From NCBI GenBank assembly GCA_963762055.1, contig CAVXJF010000003.1:115141-179140 (forward strand): a DNA stretch of 64,000 nt, written 5' to 3'. A program made the translations under genes and the position numbers. This document shows positions 47,057 to 56,806 of this stretch, in pieces. The stretch comes from Vicinamibacterales bacterium. GTDB lineage: Bacteria > Acidobacteriota > Vicinamibacteria > Vicinamibacterales > JAMQPK01. Below the pieces are notes generated by a model. That model ran no database searches. It had not been told where the DNA came from and saw only the letters and a program-made list of their open reading frames with translations. The stretch's first letter is position 1. Every line of letters starts with the position of its first letter.

Positions 47057-48775
47057 ATGAAACGCACAGGAGCGCAGATCGTTTGGGAATGTCTCGTTCG
47101 CCAGGGGGTGACCGATATCTTCGGCTATCCCGGCGGCGCCATTCTTCCGACCTATGACGCGATGCTCGATTACCCGATCCGTCACGTGCTCGTTCGTCAC
47201 GAGCAGGGTGCGACGCACATGGCCGACGGCTATGCGCGCGCGAGCGGCAAGGTCGGCGTCGCGATCGCGACGTCGGGCCCCGGCGCCACCAATATGGTGA
47301 CCGGCATCGCCACGGCGATGATGGACAGTTCGCCCATCGTCTGCATCACGGGGCAGGTGGGCAGCAAGCTGGTTGGCTCGGACGCGTTTCAGGAATCGGA
47401 CGTCACCGGCGTCACGCTCCCGATTACCAAGCACAACTACCTGGTGACGCGCGCCGACGACATCGCGCCGACGTTCCGCGAGGCATTCGAGATCGCGGCG
47501 TCGGGCCGCCCCGGCCCGGTGCACATCGACATCACCAAAGACGCCCAGCAGTCGTCGTGTGAGTTCGACTGGGAATCTGCGGTCCCGAAGAAGCCGGAGT
47601 ACCGGCCCGACTGGAGCGCGCGTCCCGAGGAGTTTCAGCGCGCGCTCGAGCTGATCAACAAGGCCGAGCGGCCCCTGATTCTCGCCGGCCACGGCATCAT
47701 CCTGTCGGGCGCGATGGACATCGTTCGGGCATTTGCGGAAAAAGCGAACATTCCGGCGTCGCAGACGCTGCTCGGCATCGGAGGGTTCCCCGCGTCCCAT
47801 CCGCTGAGCCTCGGCATGATGGGCATGCACGGCGAGGCCTGGGTGAACTCGGCCATTCAGCAGGCCGACCTGCTTCTGGCGTTCGGCATGCGGTTCGATG
47901 ACCGCGTCACGGGCAACCTGAAGACCTACGCGCCCAACGCCAGGAAGATCCACATCGACATCGACGCGGCGGAAATCAACAAGAACGTGCGCGTTGATGT
48001 CGGTATCGTCGGCGATCTGAAGGAAGCGCTCGAAATTCTGATGCCCGGAGTGGAGAAGGGCAACCGTGCGGCGTGGCTGTCGCACATCAAGGAGCTCAAG
48101 GGCGACTCAGCGGTTCGCGATATCCAGAACCTGCCCGACAGCGGCCACCTGTACGCGGCCCACGTCATCAACGATCTCTGGCGTACCACCAACGGCGACG
48201 CCATCATCGTCACCGACGTCGGTCAGCACCAGATGTGGGAGGCGCAGTACTACCATCACGACAAGCCGCGCACGCTGATCACGTCGGGCGGCCTCGGGAC
48301 GATGGGTTTTGCGCTGCCGGCGGCGATCGGCGCCAAGCTGGCATGCCCCGACAAGGAAGTGTGGGTGGTGGTCGGCGACGGCGGCTTCCAGATGACGATG
48401 TGCGAGCTTGCGACGATCGTGCAGGAGCAGATCGACATCAACGTGGCGATCATCAACAACGGATACCTGGGCATGGTGCGCCAGTGGCAGGAGTTCTTCT
48501 ACGAGCGGCGATATGCCGCCACGCCGCTGGTGAACCCCAACTTCCAGAAGCTGGCTGAGGCATTCGGCCTGCCGGCGGCAACCGTGACCAAGCGGTCGGA
48601 GGTGATTCCGGCCGTCGAAGCGGCGCGAAAGAATCGTCAGACCGTGGTCATCGACTTCGTGGTCGAGCAGGAAGATACCGTTTATCCGATGGTGCCTGCG
48701 GGCGCAGATTTGGACGCGATGATCCGCCGGCCGAGCCCGTCGCCGATTATTGAAACCGGTGCAGACGTACTCTAG
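47057..48775 (+). CDS. ilvB: Acetolactate synthase large subunit
   Basis: FGYPGGAILP, RHEQGA, TSGPGATN, DVGQHQMW, GDGGFQM, GMVRQWQ. Confidence 0.96.
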   Translation: MKRTGAQIVWECLVRQGVTDIFGYPGGAILPTYDAMLDYPIRHVLVRHEQGATHMADGYARASGKVGVAIATSGPGATNMVTGIATAMMDSSPIVCITGQVGSKLVGSDAFQESDVTGVTLPITKHNYLVTRADDIAPTFREAFEIAASGRPGPVHIDITKDAQQSSCEFDWESAVPKKPEYRPDWSARPEEFQRALELINKAERPLILAGHGIILSGAMDIVRAFAEKANIPASQTLLGIGGFPASHPLSLGMMGMHGEAWVNSAIQQADLLLAFGMRFDDRVTGNLKTYAPNARKIHIDIDAAEINKNVRVDVGIVGDLKEALEILMPGVEKGNRAAWLSHIKELKGDSAVRDIQNLPDSGHLYAAHVINDLWRTTNGDAIIVTDVGQHQMWEAQYYHHDKPRTLITSGGLGTMGFALPAAIGAKLACPDKEVWVVVGDGGFQMTMCELATIVQEQIDINVAIINNGYLGMVRQWQEFFYERRYAATPLVNPNFQKLAEAFGLPAATVTKRSEVIPAVEAARKNRQTVVIDFVVEQEDTVYPMVPAGADLDAMIRRPSPSPIIETGADVL

Positions 48776-48851
48776 CAGGTAGCTCATAGCCGACGCACTG
48801 AGCAGATTACTGCTGCGAATACGCCGAGCGACCAGAGGTCGCGAGGCACAG

Positions 48852-48875
48852 GTCGTGGGGGTGGGGCCCCACGAC
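48852..48875 (+). repeat. GGGGGTGGGGCCCC hairpin element upstream of the ilvN RBS
   Basis: gtcgtgggggtggggccccacgac, with compensatory flanks relative to the other copies. Confidence 0.7.
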
Positions 48876-48894
48876 AGGGTAAATAAGGACACGA

Positions 48895-49440
48895 ATGACT
48901 AATACTTTTGCCATTCACGTAGAGGACAAGCCGGGCGTGCTCACGCGCGTGTCGTCGCTGTTCCGCCGGCGCGCGTTCAACATCGAGTCGCTCACCGTCG
49001 GTCACACCGATCGCCCCGGCGTGTCGCGCATGACCATCGTCGTCGACACCGATGATCTCGGCGCGCGGCGCATCGAAGCGCACCTGTACAAGCTCGTCAA
49101 CGTCCTGCGGGTCGAGAACATCACCGCAGCGCCCGCCGTGTTCCGCGATCTCGCGATGATCAAAGTGGCCGCCTCCGCCGAATCGCGCACGCACATCATG
49201 CAGCTCGTGGATGTGTTCCGCGCGCGCGTCGTCGACGTGGCTCCCGACTCGCTCATCATCGAGATCACCGGCACCGAAGATAAGATTGACGGCCTGCTCG
49301 AAGTGCTGCGGCCGTACGGCGTGCTGGAAATGGTGCGCACCGGCCGCGTCGCCATGTCGCGGGGCCTGCGCACCTCGGCGGCCGCAACCGCGGAGCAGGG
49401 CATCGCCGAGGACGACCACAACGTGTTTCATTCGGTGTAA
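48895..49440 (+). CDS. ilvN: Acetolactate synthase small subunit
   Basis: VEDKPGVLTRV..LF.RR.FNIESL; EMVRTG. Confidence 0.95.
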   Translation: MTNTFAIHVEDKPGVLTRVSSLFRRRAFNIESLTVGHTDRPGVSRMTIVVDTDDLGARRIEAHLYKLVNVLRVENITAAPAVFRDLAMIKVAASAESRTHIMQLVDVFRARVVDVAPDSLIIEITGTEDKIDGLLEVLRPYGVLEMVRTGRVAMSRGLRTSAAATAEQGIAEDDHNVFHSV

Positions 49441-49581
49441 GTAAAAAGTGGAAAGTAAAAAGTGGAAAGTGAAAAGTGAAAAGTAAAAAGGAGAAGGGGC
49501 GTTCTCTTCGCACTTTTTGACTCCTCACTTTTTACTTTTTACTTTCTACTTTGCACTTTCTACTTCGCACTTTCTATTTTC
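49441..49581. repeat. Heptamer repeat AAAGTRR with inverted YYACTTT copy
   Basis: Purine-rich array followed by its complement. Confidence 0.8.
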
Positions 49582-49596
49582 AGACAAGGGGACTGA

Positions 49597-50613
49597 ATGG
49601 CAGCGAAGATGTACTACGACAAGGACGCAGACCTCGGCCTCATTCGCGGGAAGAAGGTGGCCATCATCGGCTACGGATCGCAGGGGCATGCGCACGCGCT
49701 CAACCTGAAGGACAGCGGCGTGCAGGTGAAAGTCGGCCTCGCAGCGAACAGCCGGTCCAAAGCGAAGGCGGAAGCCCACGGGTTGTCGGTGACGACGCCC
49801 GCTGAAGCGGCCAAGTGGGCCGACGTCGTCATGATCCTGGTGCCGGACACGACGGCCCCGGCGGTCTATGCGGAGATGGAGCCGCACATGACCAAAGGCA
49901 AGATGCTCATGTTCGCCCACGGGTTCAACATCCGCTTCGGGACGGTGAAACCGTCGAAGGACATCGACGTCACGATGATCGCGCCGAAGGCGCCAGGTCA
50001 TCGCGTGCGGGAGCTCTTCGTCGAAGGCGGCGGCACCCCCGCGCTGATCGCGGTCGAGCAGGACGCGACAGGCAACGCCAAAGCGCTGGCGCTGTTGTAC
50101 GCGAAAGGCATCGGCGTGACCAGAGCCGGAGTGATCGAGACGACGTTTACCGAAGAGACCGAAACAGACCTGTTCGGCGAGCAGGCGATTCTGTGCGGCG
50201 GGACGAGCGCGCTCGTCAAAGCCGGCTTCGAAACGCTCGTCAAGGCCGGGTATCAACCCGAGGTGGCGTACTTCGAATGCCTGCACGAGCTGAAGCTGAT
50301 CGTCGATCTGATGTATCGCGGCGGCATCAATTACATGCGCTATTCAGTGAGCGATACCGCCGAACATGGCGACTACGTCGCCGGGCCGCGCATCGTGACG
50401 GATGAAACGCGCACGGCGATGCAGAAGCTGCTCGACGAGATCAAGGACGGCACGTTCGCCAAGAACTGGATCAAGGAAAACCAGACCGGGCGTCCGGAGT
50501 TCAACAAGACGCGCGCGGCTGAACAGGATCACCAGATCGAAACCGTCGGCGCCCAGCTTCGAGGCATGATGCCGTTTCTCGATCCGGTCACGATCAAGCC
50601 AGGGCAGAACTAG
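49597..50613 (+). CDS. ilvC: Ketol-acid reductoisomerase
   Basis: [39 protein letters not shown]. Confidence 0.97.
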   Translation: MAAKMYYDKDADLGLIRGKKVAIIGYGSQGHAHALNLKDSGVQVKVGLAANSRSKAKAEAHGLSVTTPAEAAKWADVVMILVPDTTAPAVYAEMEPHMTKGKMLMFAHGFNIRFGTVKPSKDIDVTMIAPKAPGHRVRELFVEGGGTPALIAVEQDATGNAKALALLYAKGIGVTRAGVIETTFTEETETDLFGEQAILCGGTSALVKAGFETLVKAGYQPEVAYFECLHELKLIVDLMYRGGINYMRYSVSDTAEHGDYVAGPRIVTDETRTAMQKLLDEIKDGTFAKNWIKENQTGRPEFNKTRAAEQDHQIETVGAQLRGMMPFLDPVTIKPGQN

Positions 50614-50649
50614 GGACTGGTGATTAGGGATTAGGGATTAGGGATTAGC
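50611..50649. repeat. Heptamer repeat TAGGGAT
   Basis: tagggac tggtgat tagggat tagggat tagggat. Confidence 0.7.
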
Positions 50650-50650
50650 A

Positions 50651-52015
50651 ATGAGCGCGGATAGCGAAGTTGCGTCGCAGGTCCGGCCGCGCCGAAGCCG
50701 GCCTGCCGCGCCGAAGCGCGATAGCGCGGAGGCGGGTGTGCAAACGCTCAAAGTGGCGCTCGTCGGCTTCGGCACGGTAGGCCGATCTGTTGCCCGAGTT
50801 CTCTTGAGCGACATTCATCCGTCGCTGCAGCTCATCCTCATCTGCAACCGCGGCGTCGAGCGGAAGAAGGTCGACTGGATTCCGCCGGACGTGAAGTGGA
50901 CCGACAGCTTCGACGCGGTGATCGACTCGGATGCTCATATCGTCGTCGAGCTGATGGGCGGTCTCCAGCCGGCGGCAGAGCTGATTCGGCGATCGCTGCA
51001 AGCCGGCAAGTCGGTCGTCACCGCCAACAAGCAGCTCATTTCGACGAAAGGCGTCGAGTTGCTGGCACTCGCGCGGGAGATGAAGCGCGAGCTGCTGTTC
51101 GAGGCGTCTGTCGCAGGCGGTATTCCCATCGTCCGCGCGGTGCGCGAGGGGCTGGCGGGAGATCGGCTGCTTCGTATCGCCGGCATCCTCAACGGCACCT
51201 GCAATTACATCCTCACGCGCATGGACACCGAGGCGCTTTCGTTTGCCGATGCGCTGAAAGAAGCCCAGTCTCTGGGCTACGCCGAGGCGGATCCAACGGC
51301 CGACGTCGATGGATACGATGCGCGCGCGAAGATCGCGATTCTGATGGCGGTCGGGCTCGGCTGCCAGGTCGATCCAGAACGTATTCCTTGCCGGACTATT
51401 GCGTCGATCGATGGCGTCGACTTCATGTATGCGCGGCGTCTCGACTGCACAATCCGGCAGATATCCTGGGCTGAGCGGACGCCTGGACCGGATCGGCAGC
51501 TGTTTGCTTCGGTGCGTCCGGCGCTCGTGCCGATCTCCTCGCCGCTTGCGCGCGCGCAAGGCAGTCAGAACCTCGTGACCGTGTATGGGGAGTTTGGCGG
51601 AGAAACCACGTATTCGGGCTTCGGGGCGGGCGGAGATCCGACGGCGGTCGCGGTCGTGTCGGATTTGATGTCGATTTCCCGGGCGGGCCTTGGCGCCGAA
51701 GTGCATCTCGTGCAGGACTTGGAAGGGGAGGTGGAGATCGGGACCGATTTTACGGCTCCACACTACGTCCGCTTCACGGTGGCCGACCGTCCGGGTATCA
51801 TTGCATCTTTGGCGACGCTGCTGTCGGCCCGCGGCATCAACATCGACGCGGTGTTGCAGCTTCCCGGGCACGACAAGACGGAACTTCCGTTCGTGATGAC
51901 GCTCGAAGCGTGTCCCGTCAGCGTGCTGGATGCGGCGCTTGCCGACATCAACGCGCTGCCGTTCCACGTCCGCCGGCCGATCACCGCGCCGATACTTGGC
52001 GGCGCCGCTCGATAG
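50651..52015 (+). CDS. hom: Homoserine dehydrogenase with ACT domain
   Basis: GFGTVG, VVTANK, FEASVAGGIP, GILNGTCNYIL, GYAEADP. Confidence 0.95.
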   Translation: MSADSEVASQVRPRRSRPAAPKRDSAEAGVQTLKVALVGFGTVGRSVARVLLSDIHPSLQLILICNRGVERKKVDWIPPDVKWTDSFDAVIDSDAHIVVELMGGLQPAAELIRRSLQAGKSVVTANKQLISTKGVELLALAREMKRELLFEASVAGGIPIVRAVREGLAGDRLLRIAGILNGTCNYILTRMDTEALSFADALKEAQSLGYAEADPTADVDGYDARAKIAILMAVGLGCQVDPERIPCRTIASIDGVDFMYARRLDCTIRQISWAERTPGPDRQLFASVRPALVPISSPLARAQGSQNLVTVYGEFGGETTYSGFGAGGDPTAVAVVSDLMSISRAGLGAEVHLVQDLEGEVEIGTDFTAPHYVRFTVADRPGIIASLATLLSARGINIDAVLQLPGHDKTELPFVMTLEACPVSVLDAALADINALPFHVRRPITAPILGGAAR

Positions 52016-52033
52016 CCGGACCTAGAGAGGTTT

Positions 52034-53277
52034 ATGAGTTACGTACTCGGACTGCAGTGTCATTCGTGCAAGGCGCAATTTCCTGCACAGGCACTGTGGG
52101 TGTGCGACAAGTGTCTGGGCCCGCTCGAAGTGGTCTACGACTACGGCAAGGTCAAGCGGGACATCAGCCGATCGAAGATCGAATCGCGCGGGAAGAATCT
52201 ATGGCGCTATCGCGAGCTGCTGCCGATCGACGGCGAACCGCGTACCGGCGCCCACTCGGGCTACACGCCGCTCGTGAAGGCCGATCGCCTCGCCAAGGCG
52301 ATTGGCGTCAAGGAGCTCTACCTCAAGGACGACTCGGTCAACCATCCGACCTTCTCGTACAAAGATCGGGTTGTGTCGGTTGCCGCCACTCGGGCCGTCG
52401 AGCTGGGGTTCACCGTCTTCGGGTGCGCGTCGACAGGTAATCTCGCCAACAGCGTTTCCGCACATGCCGCGCGTCTCGGCCTGCAGTGCTTCGTGTTCAT
52501 TCCCAACGATCTCGAAGCCAGCAAGATCATGGGCTCGAGCGTTTACAAGCCGCAGGTCGTCGCCATCAAGGGCAACTACGACGATGTGAACCGGCTATGC
52601 ACGCAAATCGCGGAGAAATACGGCTGGGGTTTCGCGAACATCAATCTCCGCAGCTATTACGCCGAAGGCGCGAAAACGTACGGCTTCGAAATCGCCGAAC
52701 AGCTCGGCTGGACGTTTCCGCGCCATGTCGTGTCGCCGGTGGCCGGAGGCACGCTCCTGCCGCGCATCGCCCGCGGCTTCCGCGAGCTGAGAGAAGTCGG
52801 GTTGGTGGATGGCGATCTGCCCGCGATCCACGCCGCCCAGGCGGCCGGCTGCGCGCCGGTCATCAACGCCCTCAACGAGGATCTCGAATTTCCCGATCCG
52901 GTGAAGCCGAACACGATCGCGCGTTCGATTGCCATCGGCAACCCCGCCGACGGGTTCCAGGTGCTCCACGCAGTGCGATCCAGCGGCGGTTCGGGCGCGA
53001 TGGCCACCGACAGCGAAATTCTCGACGGGGTTCAGCTCATCGCGCAGACCGAAGGCATCTTCACCGAGCCGGCCGGCGGCACGACGCTGGCGTGCGCGAT
53101 CAAGCTCATCGAAAACGGATCGATTCCCCGCGACGAGTCGATTGTCGTGTGCATCACCGGCAACGGCTACAAGACGGTTGAAGTGATGGCCTCTCGCGTG
53201 GAAACGCCGGTCCAGCTCGGCCGCGCGCTGAGCGAGTTCGATGCGTTCATGGAAGGCCGGGGGACTTACGCAGTCAG

Positions 53278-53287
<10 letters not shown>
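52034..53287 (+). CDS. thrC: Threonine synthase
   Basis: N-terminal CxxC...CxxC, PTFSYKDR, CASTGNLA, IAIGNP, ITGNG.K. Confidence 0.93.
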
Positions 53288-53428
<141 letters not shown>

Positions 53429-53438
53429 AGGATCACCC

Positions 53439-54692
53439 ATGTCACTACAGTCGATCGTTGTTCAGAAATATGGCGGAAGCTCTGTCGCTACGGCGGAGAA
53501 GATTCTCGCTATTGCGGAGCGCGTGAAGACGTATCACGAAGCGGTGCCGCATCTCGTGGTCGCCGTGTCGGCGATGGGGAAGACGACGGACCAGCTGGTC
53601 GCGCTGGCGCGGCAGGTGTCGCGGAATCCACACGGCCGCGACTACGATCTGCTGCTGGCGTCGGGCGAGCAGGTTGCCGTCGCGACCCTCGCGCTTGCGC
53701 TGCAGGACAAAGGGGTTCCGGCCATCGCGCTGACCGGCTCGCAGTGCAATATTCGCACTGACGGCTCCTTCAACCGCGCCCGCATTCAGTCGATCGACAC
53801 CGAGCGCATCGAGGAAGAGCTCCGGAAAGGGAAGGTCGTCATCGTGGCCGGCTTCCAGGGGGTCACGGAGAACGACGAAATCACGACGCTCGGCCGCGGC
53901 GGCGGTGACATTACCGGTGCGGCAGTGGCGGCGGCGTTGAACGCCGCGGTGTGCGAAATCTGCACCGACGTGGACGGCGTGTTGTCTGCCGACCCGAACG
54001 TGGTGCCCGATGCCCGGTTCTGGCCGGAGCTGACCTACGAAGAAGCGATCGAAATGGCCTCGAGCGGCGCCAAGGTGCTGCACCCGCGCGCCGCCGAAAT
54101 TTGCAAGTCGTACAAGATTCCGATTCACATCCGCTCCAGCTTTCATCTGAAGGAAGGGACGTGGATTCGCGAAGGAGCGAAGTCGATGGAAGAGGCAGAA
54201 GTCGTCGGCGTCACGAGCGACAAGAAGATCGCGAAGATTACGCTGCTGAACGTGCCGGACGAGCCGGGCATCGCTGCGCGCATCTTCAAGGACGTCGCCG
54301 AGAAGGACATCAACATCCGTCTGATCATTCAGAGCGCGGCGGCCGATCATCGTGCGGGGATTACGTTCATCATCGAAGACGGCTTCGCCGAGGCCGCGCA
54401 GAAGCTGGTCGACGAGTGGATGCGCCAGGGGTTCGTCAAGCAGGGGATGGTCGAGACCGACTGGGCGACGATCGCGATTATCGGGCACCGCCTGGCGGCG
54501 ACGCCGGGGTTGTCGGCACGCATGTTCGCCGCGCTGGCGGGTGCCGGCATCAACGTCGACTGCATCAGCTCGTCGGAAATGACGATGTCCTGCATCATCA
54601 AGCGCGATCAAATCGATCGTGGCGTGAAGGCGGTGCACGACGAGTTCTTTGCGACGGCGTCGGCACGGCGGATGCCGGCCGCGGTGAAATAA
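53439..54692 (+). CDS. lysC: Aspartate kinase
   Basis: VQKYGGSS, VSAMGKTTD, AGFQG, TTLGRGG, TDVDG, two ACT domains. Confidence 0.95.
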   Translation: MSLQSIVVQKYGGSSVATAEKILAIAERVKTYHEAVPHLVVAVSAMGKTTDQLVALARQVSRNPHGRDYDLLLASGEQVAVATLALALQDKGVPAIALTGSQCNIRTDGSFNRARIQSIDTERIEEELRKGKVVIVAGFQGVTENDEITTLGRGGGDITGAAVAAALNAAVCEICTDVDGVLSADPNVVPDARFWPELTYEEAIEMASSGAKVLHPRAAEICKSYKIPIHIRSSFHLKEGTWIREGAKSMEEAEVVGVTSDKKIAKITLLNVPDEPGIAARIFKDVAEKDINIRLIIQSAAADHRAGITFIIEDGFAEAAQKLVDEWMRQGFVKQGMVETDWATIAIIGHRLAATPGLSARMFAALAGAGINVDCISSSEMTMSCIIKRDQIDRGVKAVHDEFFATASARRMPAAVK

Positions 54693-54693
54693 G

Positions 54694-54744
54694 AAGTCGA
54701 AAGTCAAAAGTCGAAAGTCAAAAGTGGAAAGTGGAAAGTGGAAG
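54694..54744. repeat. Heptamer repeat AAAGTSR
   Basis: gaagtcg aaagtca aaagtcg aaagtca aaagtgg aaagtgg. Confidence 0.7.
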
Positions 54745-54765
54745 AAGTTCAGAGTCAGGTAGGAA

Positions 54766-55087
54766 GTGAACATCGAAGACGCCATCACGCTCCTGGACTA
54801 TCACTATTGGGCGCGCGACAGGATGTTCGACTCCGTCGCGCTGCTTACCCCCGAACGGATCCGAGTTCACTGAAAAGACGCGACAACTCGGGGTTCCGGG
54901 TTCCCAGGTTCCGAAGTTCCACGTTCAGGTTCGTAGGTCCGTCTTCTGGCACATGCTGCAGCACATCGTGAACCACGCGACATACCATCGCGGTCAGATC
55001 ACTACGATGCTCCGTCAGTTAGGCGCGTCCGCCCCGCAGTCGCAGGACCTCATCGCGTTTTACCGCGAACGGATCCGAGTTCACTGA
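54766..55087 (+). pseudogene. DinB/YfiT family gene with its middle replaced by a duplicate of its own 3' end
   Basis: N-term MNIEDAITLLDYHYWARDR; C-term HIVNHATYHRGQITTMLRQLG; 54852-54934 duplicates 55066-55147. Confidence 0.7.
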
Positions 55088-55152
55088 AAAGACGCGACAA
55101 CTCGGGGTTCGGGTTCCCAGGTTCCGAAGTTCCACGTTCAGGTTCGTCGCCG

Positions 55153-55241
55153 TCGTGTCATCGCGCCCATCGCGTCATCGTGTTTTGTTTCGTGTCTTCG
55201 TGGTGAGTGTTCGTACGTAGTGTCCGCCTTCAGGCGGACTG
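55153..55241 (+). repeat. ~90-bp direct repeat ending in a GTAG-type REP (GTAGTGTCCGCCTTCAGGCGGAC)
   Basis: Near-identical copy at 56389-56479; diverged copy at 56173-56300. Confidence 0.8.
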
Positions 55242-55284
55242 CTTGGTCCGTCTGGGAACGCTGATGCTCGGGAGCGTTGGTGTG

Positions 55285-55975
55285 TCAATCACGCCGCAGT
55301 ACGAAACACCCCAGATGCGCGGGCGTCTCTGATGGTAGCGGCGGTCGTTGCAAGCGTCCGACGGACCAGTACGGGGACTGGAACAACTGCCAGTACTCGG
55401 CGTGGTCGAGCGTGAAGCCAACGCGGAGCCAGTCGGCGAGATCGGCGGGGCACGATTGGCGGCAGATGTACGGTTCCGTCGCGCCGTAACTACTGGGCAA
55501 TGTGTAGACGTTTGGATGGCCCGCAGCCCCAAATGGGCGTGGTCAGCAACACCACGCCACCGGGGACGGTACGTGTATACAAGCCAGTCACGGCGGCTAT
55601 CGGATTACTGATGTGCTCGAGTACGCTGATGCAGAGCGTGACATCAAAGGCGGGATGATGGCCGTTCGCCTTGGTGACATCGTCTTGCTCCACGCGCCAA
55701 TGGCGATTCACCATGCCCTTCGGCCAGTAGTGCTCGACATTGTCGATGGCGGTGACGACAAACCCGCACGTCCGCACGAGGGCAGGCAAGGCACTCTGCC
55801 CCGTGCCAACGTCCAGCACGGTTCGGGGTTGCAGGCGGTTCAACCACTCGAACACGAAACGGTATTCAACTGTCCGTTCGTTGGTGCGGTGGAATCGCTG
55901 GTCGCGATGTTCGGCGGTGGTGATTCGTGTGAGATAGGCACGACCGACGCGATGGGCCCAGGAGCCGAGTGTCAC
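55285..55975 (-). CDS. Class I SAM-dependent methyltransferase, frameshift near 55530
   Basis: NER.VEY.F, VLDVGTG, CISVLEHI, PGGVVLLTTP. Confidence 0.75.
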
Positions 55976-56172
55976 GCGACCTCCGTGTGTGGTTCACCAC
56001 TCAGCGCAGAGTACGAGTGAGACGCTAGCACGGATGTGAACGGGGACGCAAGACGTTGGACGGTGGGGAACGACCATTAAGGTTGACGCTTCGCGAGTTA
56101 TCCAAAGATTTGTGCAGGCGCTTCCCCCACGTCGTTTGTGTTCGCGTGCCACGTCGCAAGGGTTTGCCCACT

Positions 56173-56507
56173 CGTGTCATCGCACCCTTCGCGCCATCGT
56201 GTCTTTGTCTTCGTGTTTTCGTGTCTTCGTGTCTCTTCGTGTCTCTTCGTGTCTTCGTGCTGAGTGTCCGTACGTAGTGTGTGCCTTCAGGCGGATTGCC
56301 TGGTCCGGCTAAAGCCGGACCTACGTACTCCGTAGCTTCGCCCCTACGTGGTTTGTCTTCGCGTGCCACGTTCGAGGGTTCGACTCCCTCGTGTCATCGC
56401 GCCCATCGCGTCATCGTGTTTTGTCTTCGTGTTCTTCGTGGTGAGTGTTCGTACGTAGTGTCCGCCTTCAGGCGGACTGTCTGGTCCGGCTAAAGCTGGA
56501 CACTACG
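56173..56507. repeat. Two REP doublets (GTAG-REP ... REP-CTAC) plus GTCTTCGT octamer array
   Basis: gtagtgtgtgccttcaggcggat..gtccggctaaagccggacctac; gtagtgtccgccttcaggcggac..gtccggctaaagctggacactac. Confidence 0.75.
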
Positions 56508-56806
56508 TCGACGTGCGGTGTCATTGAATCGGTCGGCTACGTCCGAGGCGTTCGTGGTATGCCATTCCCACCGGTCCAACGACTTGGAGTTGTATATGTA
56601 GTCGCCTGGTGTGATCGCGTACTCCAGTCGGCAGTGCTTTCATGCCCTTCTCATTCAACTGCGTGGTGGCCGACACTTCGAGCGTGTACTGCTTGTCGAG
56701 GGCCTAGGTTCCGACCACGGTGTACACGCACGGGGCGACACTCTTCACGAATACCTTAACGGTGCGCCGCCAGGGCCGACCTCCATCACCCAGAGTGACC
56801 ATGTCC

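Noticed and set aside
56510-56800. RAYT/transposase remnant next to the REP cluster
   Set aside because: Minus-strand translation gives a broken fragment with no HUH or DDE motif; cannot be assigned.
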